Of a DNA stretch of 30,430 nt, positions 25,892 through 30,430 are shown in pieces. The position numbers and the translations under genes were made by a program. The number at the start of each line of letters is the position of its first letter. The first letter of the stretch is position 1. The notes beneath the pieces were generated by a model, which saw nothing but the letters and a program-made list of their open reading frames with translations, was not told the DNA's origin and ran no database searches. This DNA is from an uncultured Thermodesulfobacteriota bacterium (GTDB lineage Bacteria; Desulfobacterota; B13-G15; RBG-16-54-18). The stretch spans positions 1-30,430 of the forward strand of contig CAYQOD010000001.1 of assembly GCA_964419065.1 (NCBI GenBank). The letters are read 5' to 3'.

Positions 25892-27052
25892 TTAGCCGAT
25901 CATCTCAAGAAACGCCTGGATCCTCGTCTTGAGTTGGCCGATGGTCCCTGCCGAGTAGAGATCTTCCAGGTGGAGGACCGGGAGATTGATGGATTGGTAG
26001 TACGCCTTTCGTGCGGGGACCTCAAACCCGAAGGGATCGCAGTATTTATACACGTAGAGGATTGCGCCGTCTACATTGAACTCCTTGGCATATGTCCCGA
26101 TATCACCGAACCGGTTGGCGATATCCCCCTCGAAGGTCCCCGCCGTATTCTCCCGGAAGGTCTTGGGACAGTTGACCTTATCCAGATACCGGCGACCAAG
26201 GGCCTCTATAGGATTTCCTTCGACATCAGTACGGGGGAAGTAATCCCTGGTCCCGTTGCAGAGGGTATCAGCCACTACAGTGGCCCCGAGTTCCTCCACG
26301 AGCTTGACCATCTCAATGTTATCCACACAGGGGCCATCGATGAGTATCCGCGGGCCTTTCTTCAGCAAAGATCTCTTCCTTCGACCAATCTCCGCCACGA
26401 TCTCGTCGAAGAGGGCATTGGCCTCGGTAACGGGCAGGCTCGATCCGACGGTGAGCACCATCATCACCTCTGTCCCTGAGATCAGGGGTGGATTAGCTTT
26501 CCTGAATTCATAGAGGGTCCGCGCCTTATCCCTCTTTTCATTGTGCAGTCGGATGGCCTCGGACAAGTCTTCGTCGGTGATCTCTTTGCCGACAAACTCT
26601 CCCAAGGTTTTTCGGAACGTGTCCAACTCTGCATTAAAAAAATCAAAGGATGATGGATCGCAGACTGTGGGGACGTTGACGAAGTGGAAGTACGGAATTC
26701 CCAGTGAGTAGCTCCAAACGCTGTAGCTCCTGACCATGCTGTCACAGGCGTGAGGAATGACCATCCCGGAGAGAAAGGCGTATCTGCCCTTCACCGAAAG
26801 ATCAAAACAGCTCCGGTAAAAGGGACACACGATGGTCTCCAGGAGGGTATCCCCTTTGGTGATGGGCTCATGGATGTCTCCCCGTACCCGAAAGGGGACA
26901 CATTCGGCTGCCGTGATCATCTCCAGGGGGACCAAGGAACAGACATAGCCGATCACCTTTGTACCTTTAGCGTTCAACTCCTTTGCCCGTACGCCATAAT
27001 CCTTGTAAAGTTCTTCTACCTTCGACAGTGCGTTACCCTTGGCTTCACTCAT
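25892..27052 (-). CDS. 2-hydroxyacyl-CoA dehydratase/benzoyl-CoA reductase family subunit, BzdN/BcrC(gamma)-like
   Basis: VIGYVCSLVPLEMI, CPFYRSC, PHACDS, DTLCNG, DGAILYVYKYCDP, TRIQAFLEM. Start ATG 27052 (SD GGAGA). Confidence 0.85.
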   Translation of the reverse strand: MSEAKGNALSKVEELYKDYGVRAKELNAKGTKVIGYVCSLVPLEMITAAECVPFRVRGDIHEPITKGDTLLETIVCPFYRSCFDLSVKGRYAFLSGMVIPHACDSMVRSYSVWSYSLGIPYFHFVNVPTVCDPSSFDFFNAELDTFRKTLGEFVGKEITDEDLSEAIRLHNEKRDKARTLYEFRKANPPLISGTEVMMVLTVGSSLPVTEANALFDEIVAEIGRRKRSLLKKGPRILIDGPCVDNIEMVKLVEELGATVVADTLCNGTRDYFPRTDVEGNPIEALGRRYLDKVNCPKTFRENTAGTFEGDIANRFGDIGTYAKEFNVDGAILYVYKYCDPFGFEVPARKAYYQSINLPVLHLEDLYSAGTIGQLKTRIQAFLEMIG

Positions 27053-27313
27053 CGGTTCTTCTCCCTTTCGCAGTCTCACTGTTAGATCACCATAACGTGC
27101 GTAAAACGGCAAGAGTTCGTTTTGTGGAGAGGTGCGTAGCAAAAGGAAAATCCCCATCTATCCCCGTAAAGGGGCTTGTTAAATTATACACATGCGAGAA
27201 ATGAAAGGCAATAAGAATATCGGCAGCTGAACTAAATAGTGTGAATAACGGTGTAGTAGCAGATAGGATAGAGGTCCCCGACTGATCTGCTACTGGCATG
27301 AACGACCTCTTTA

Positions 27314-28105
27314 TCAGGTCCCTATCTGTCCCCTGGCGATGATCGCTGCGCCGAGGGCGGCCGTCATATGGGGCTGGTGCGGCACGATGATCTCATGCCC
27401 TCTGATCTCCTTCAGGGCCTGGACAAGGCCTGCATCCCTTGCTCCGCCGCCCACCAGGGCCACGTCCTGCTCAACACCGACCCTCTCTGCCAGGCTGTTG
27501 ATCTGGGCCACCAGGGCCCTGTGCAGCCCTGCCAGGAGGTTTTCCTTGGCAGCACCCTCGGCGATCCTGGATATCGCCTCGGACTCCGCAAAGACGGCGC
27601 ACCCTGTGTTGAAACCCACCCTCTTTTTTGATTGTAAGGAAAGGGCTCCGATATCTTCCACCTTGACCTGTAACACCTTGGCAATTACCTGCAAGATCCT
27701 GCCGCTACCGCCGGCGCACTTGCCGCTCAACAGAAAGTTTTGTACGCTTCCGTTACCATCTATGCGAATGATCTTTGTATAGAGATCACCTACATCGATG
27801 ACGGTCCTCACCGAAGGAAAAAGCGATGAGACTCCTTTGACGTGACAGACGATATCATGTCTCACCTCATCGGCAAAGGTCACCTGTTTTGATCCATATC
27901 CAGTGGCGACGGTACGCGCAATATCCTCTTTTGTTATACCTGCCTCAGAAAGGAGTGTTTTCCGTATCCGATCAGCGGTGGCCTGGTAATCTCCCCCTGA
28001 CGGGCACTCAAAGGACGCCATGGGTTTGTGGTCACCGAGGATGATCCCCTTCGAGAAACATGAACCGATATCGATGCCCAATACAAAGGCCGCTTTTGTT
28101 CTCAC
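27314..28105 (-). CDS. Second ASKHA-type activase, BzdP/BcrD(delta)-like subunit
   Basis: GIDIGS, ATGYG, VIDVGDLYTK (instead of DIGGQD), SGKCAGGSG, TGCAVFAESE, LVGGGA, AALGAA. GTG 28105 preferred; ORF opens at 28132. Confidence 0.8.
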   Translation of the reverse strand: MRTKAAFVLGIDIGSCFSKGIILGDHKPMASFECPSGGDYQATADRIRKTLLSEAGITKEDIARTVATGYGSKQVTFADEVRHDIVCHVKGVSSLFPSVRTVIDVGDLYTKIIRIDGNGSVQNFLLSGKCAGGSGRILQVIAKVLQVKVEDIGALSLQSKKRVGFNTGCAVFAESEAISRIAEGAAKENLLAGLHRALVAQINSLAERVGVEQDVALVGGGARDAGLVQALKEIRGHEIIVPHQPHMTAALGAAIIARGQIGT

Positions 28106-28154
28106 GTCATTCTTCTCATGTCTGGACAACAATGAGACAGCTTAATATATCAAA

Positions 28155-28183
28155 AAAATAGTGATCTCGATACCGAGAGTCAA
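28155..28183 (-). promoter_or_regulatory. Sigma70 promoter TTGACT-N17-TATTTT for the reductase operon
   Basis: Correct spacing; the spacer holds a small palindrome TCTCG-N4-CGAGA. Confidence 0.5.
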
Positions 28184-28268
28184 GTTATGTCTCGCGGTTA
28201 CACACCCAAAATAGTCCGTATTATGCGTGCAGCACGGAACTTCGGCACGTTTCTAATTCGGAAAAAGT

Positions 28269-28302
28269 AAAGGGGGGCACCCATCAAGGGTGTAACCCCT
28301 TT
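28269..28302 (-). terminator. Hairpin downstream of pckG, possible terminator
   Basis: AAAGGGG-GGCACCC-atcaa-GGGTGT-aa-CCCCTTT, with TTTACTTTTT following on the minus strand. Confidence 0.45.
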
Positions 28303-28389
28303 CCTCCCTATTACCGCTGTCTCTCTCTTACGGGTTGTATTGTAGTGCTAAACGGACAGTGAATGTGGCCACCTCGGGCCAGCCGCAGA

Positions 28390-30276
28390 TTACAATGTAT
28401 GGGGGGTTATATAATCCCCATGTTTTGCTTGCGCCGCCTTTAACCTTTCACGCTGCTCTTCCAATACTTCAAATAAAAGCCGTGGCGTATCAGGAACCCT
28501 CGTGCGGTAGATCTCTATCAATCTATCAATCTTAGCCAAATGTTGAGGTACCCGAACAGAGAACTGTTGAATGTAGTCTGTTTCGGTGAAGTCCCTGTCG
28601 AGTGTCTCCTTAAAGAGCCTCTTCAGGTCTTCATATTTCGGGATGAACCCTGTAGGTGTCTTGATGGCCTCAACATCACCGTGCACCCGTAACTCCATCC
28701 ATTTGAGCCAGACGCGCTTATCGGTCTTGTGATTTGTAAATTTGCCGTCGGGAGCTCTCAAGAAGTAATTTACCGAGAAGATGCGTGGCGGGTGAGCTAC
28801 GTCTGCGCCAAAGGTGAGGTTGCCCTCTATGTACCGTCCAATAGGTATAGAGAGGAAGTCAAGATTGGACATGGGGTTGGACTCGCGTACCCCTTCTTTC
28901 CCCAAGGTAGCGGCCGTCGTTTCGGATTCCAGCGCCGCACCTTTCGTAATAATGCCGTGAACCCAATCAAAGGCCTCTTCTACCGGGACCCACGTGTCAG
29001 AATCTCGACCGCCGTATATTATCCCACTCAGTATGACACCCTGAGGGTCATGGAGTTCAGGACCCACATTGTCCAGGATCGCCAGGTCTAAGGTAAATCG
29101 GGCATTCTTATGGGAAGGTGGTATTTCCTTTCCTTCCTTATCTTTCTTGCCCAAGAACCAATCACCTGAGTGATTAATCCCTTCCTGAGGACACGGGCCA
29201 TCTTTCCCAATCCAGTACACCTCCCTGTCTTTGGTAACCAGGATATTTGAAAATATAATTTCACCGGGGGAATTGAGTGCTTTCCACAGGATCCGGTCGT
29301 CAACGGAATTTACCCCCTCAATTATCCCAAACATCCCCTTTTCAACGTTCACAGCGCGCACGTGACCATCTATCCTTCGAAGGTATGCGATATCATCGCC
29401 GATGATGCTCTCGTCTTCTATCGTGGCGGTAGACGTCTTTCCGCACATAGAAGGGAACGCCCCTGCAAAATACGTGATCCTCTCCCCCGGACCGTGCACG
29501 CCCATGATGAGCATATGTTCCGTCAGCCACCCCTCTTCCGAACCCCTCTTAATAGCCAGACGCATTGCCAGTTTCTTAAGCCCCAGGGTATTGCCACCAT
29601 ACTGCGTGTTCGTGCTGTAGATAGTCTCGTCTTCCAGATCGATGTATACCCTTCGTTTCTCAATATTTTTACTTACCAATAGCCCCAGTCCCGCTTCAAC
29701 GAGTTCTCCCTGCGAGTGTACGAATTTAAAGAATCGATCGTAGTTGCCTAACCTGACGAATTCCCGGTAACCCTGCCTGTACAATAGATCCTCACTATGG
29801 GCGACGTAGCTTGAATCCGTGAGCTGAACGCACGGTATCGAAAATTCAGAGTTTGGAGGGCCAAGGCAGAAAAATTTGACATACAATTCATGCCCTTCCA
29901 TTATATTACGCAAAATCTCACGGATCTCCCGAATACCATCCTCTCTGTCCATGGCGTTGATCTCAGGGCCGAGGTCGACACCCTTGGGCACAAGAAACTT
30001 GCTGGTCGCTTTGTCCCGGGCCTGATCGTAATATCCGTCAAAATGTGCGGTGTGCCCCTCGATAGCGAGTTTTGCTTCCTCTCGGTTTCTGATCGCTGCT
30101 TCTCTGACAAAGCGAATATCTTCCGCCGAATCAGTGCAGACAAAAACCCTCGCCGGGTTGCAGAGCTCTACATACTCAGCAATAAACGCATGAAGCGCAA
30201 GGTTGTCTATTGCCATGAGCTTTTCATACTGATCACCCAATCGATCCTTGAGTATGTCTCTTACCTTCTGATCCAT
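28390..30276 (-). CDS. pckG: Phosphoenolpyruvate carboxykinase (GTP)
   Basis: NTQYGGNTLGLKK, WLTEHM, GAFPSMCGKTSTA, IGDDIAY, NVEKGMFG, HKNARF, IIYGGRD, FSVNYFL. Confidence 0.95.
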   Translation of the reverse strand: MDQKVRDILKDRLGDQYEKLMAIDNLALHAFIAEYVELCNPARVFVCTDSAEDIRFVREAAIRNREEAKLAIEGHTAHFDGYYDQARDKATSKFLVPKGVDLGPEINAMDREDGIREIREILRNIMEGHELYVKFFCLGPPNSEFSIPCVQLTDSSYVAHSEDLLYRQGYREFVRLGNYDRFFKFVHSQGELVEAGLGLLVSKNIEKRRVYIDLEDETIYSTNTQYGGNTLGLKKLAMRLAIKRGSEEGWLTEHMLIMGVHGPGERITYFAGAFPSMCGKTSTATIEDESIIGDDIAYLRRIDGHVRAVNVEKGMFGIIEGVNSVDDRILWKALNSPGEIIFSNILVTKDREVYWIGKDGPCPQEGINHSGDWFLGKKDKEGKEIPPSHKNARFTLDLAILDNVGPELHDPQGVILSGIIYGGRDSDTWVPVEEAFDWVHGIITKGAALESETTAATLGKEGVRESNPMSNLDFLSIPIGRYIEGNLTFGADVAHPPRIFSVNYFLRAPDGKFTNHKTDKRVWLKWMELRVHGDVEAIKTPTGFIPKYEDLKRLFKETLDRDFTETDYIQQFSVRVPQHLAKIDRLIEIYRTRVPDTPRLLFEVLEEQRERLKAAQAKHGDYITPHTL

Positions 30277-30368
30277 CGCTTATCTTTAGAATATGATGTT
30301 TGATCCTTAAATGTAGCAGAAGCACTATCTACTTCCCCATTGCTCAGAAAATAAGCCTCCACTATATT

Positions 30369-30404
30369 CCTCTCTCCTTGAGGGGAGAGGATAAAGGTGA
30401 GGGG
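30369..30404. repeat. Partial REP-like element CCTCTCTCC-TTGA-GGGGAGAGG...AGGTGAGGGG
   Basis: Hairpin plus GGTGAGGG tail; similar to 23517-23536. Confidence 0.55.
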
Positions 30405-30430
30405 TGATATGGTACAATATCGGCCGGGTG

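Noticed and set aside
1-30430. CRISPR array, tRNA/rRNA, intact transposase or integrase, selenocysteine read-through
   Set aside because: No regularly spaced repeats, RNA gene signatures or recombinase motifs seen; TGA-terminated genes end at their expected family C-termini.

Overview
Bacterial chromosomal window, mostly GC-rich. The gene set (fused TIGR03960/TIGR03936-type radical SAM, DUF362, GTP-PEPCK, ATP-dependent CoA-thioester reductase, BamD) suggests an anaerobic diderm of the Deltaproteobacteria/Desulfobacterota type (inference). In order: DUF151 protein; fused B12 radical SAM gene; a regulator-led polyamine operon (XRE-cupin, speD, pyruvoyl arginine decarboxylase, speB) with no speE; a tightly coupled four-gene putative lipid modification/export operon (CrtI-like oxidoreductase, LolA/LolB-like lipoprotein, B12 radical SAM, MMPL exporter); an AT-richer island of same-strand unrelated genes separated by degenerate attC-like sites, with no integrase in the window; truA, DUF362-ferredoxin and a stand-alone divergent FabF; a BamD protein with a C-terminal LptA/OstA-like domain; rimO; a membrane protein, a decayed 2H-phosphoesterase and a retropepsin-like protease; a four-subunit class I benzoyl-CoA-reductase-like operon with two different activase subunits; and pckG. 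No rRNA, tRNA, CRISPR array or intact transposase/integrase was recognised. All family calls come from motif recognition by eye; no database searches were run.
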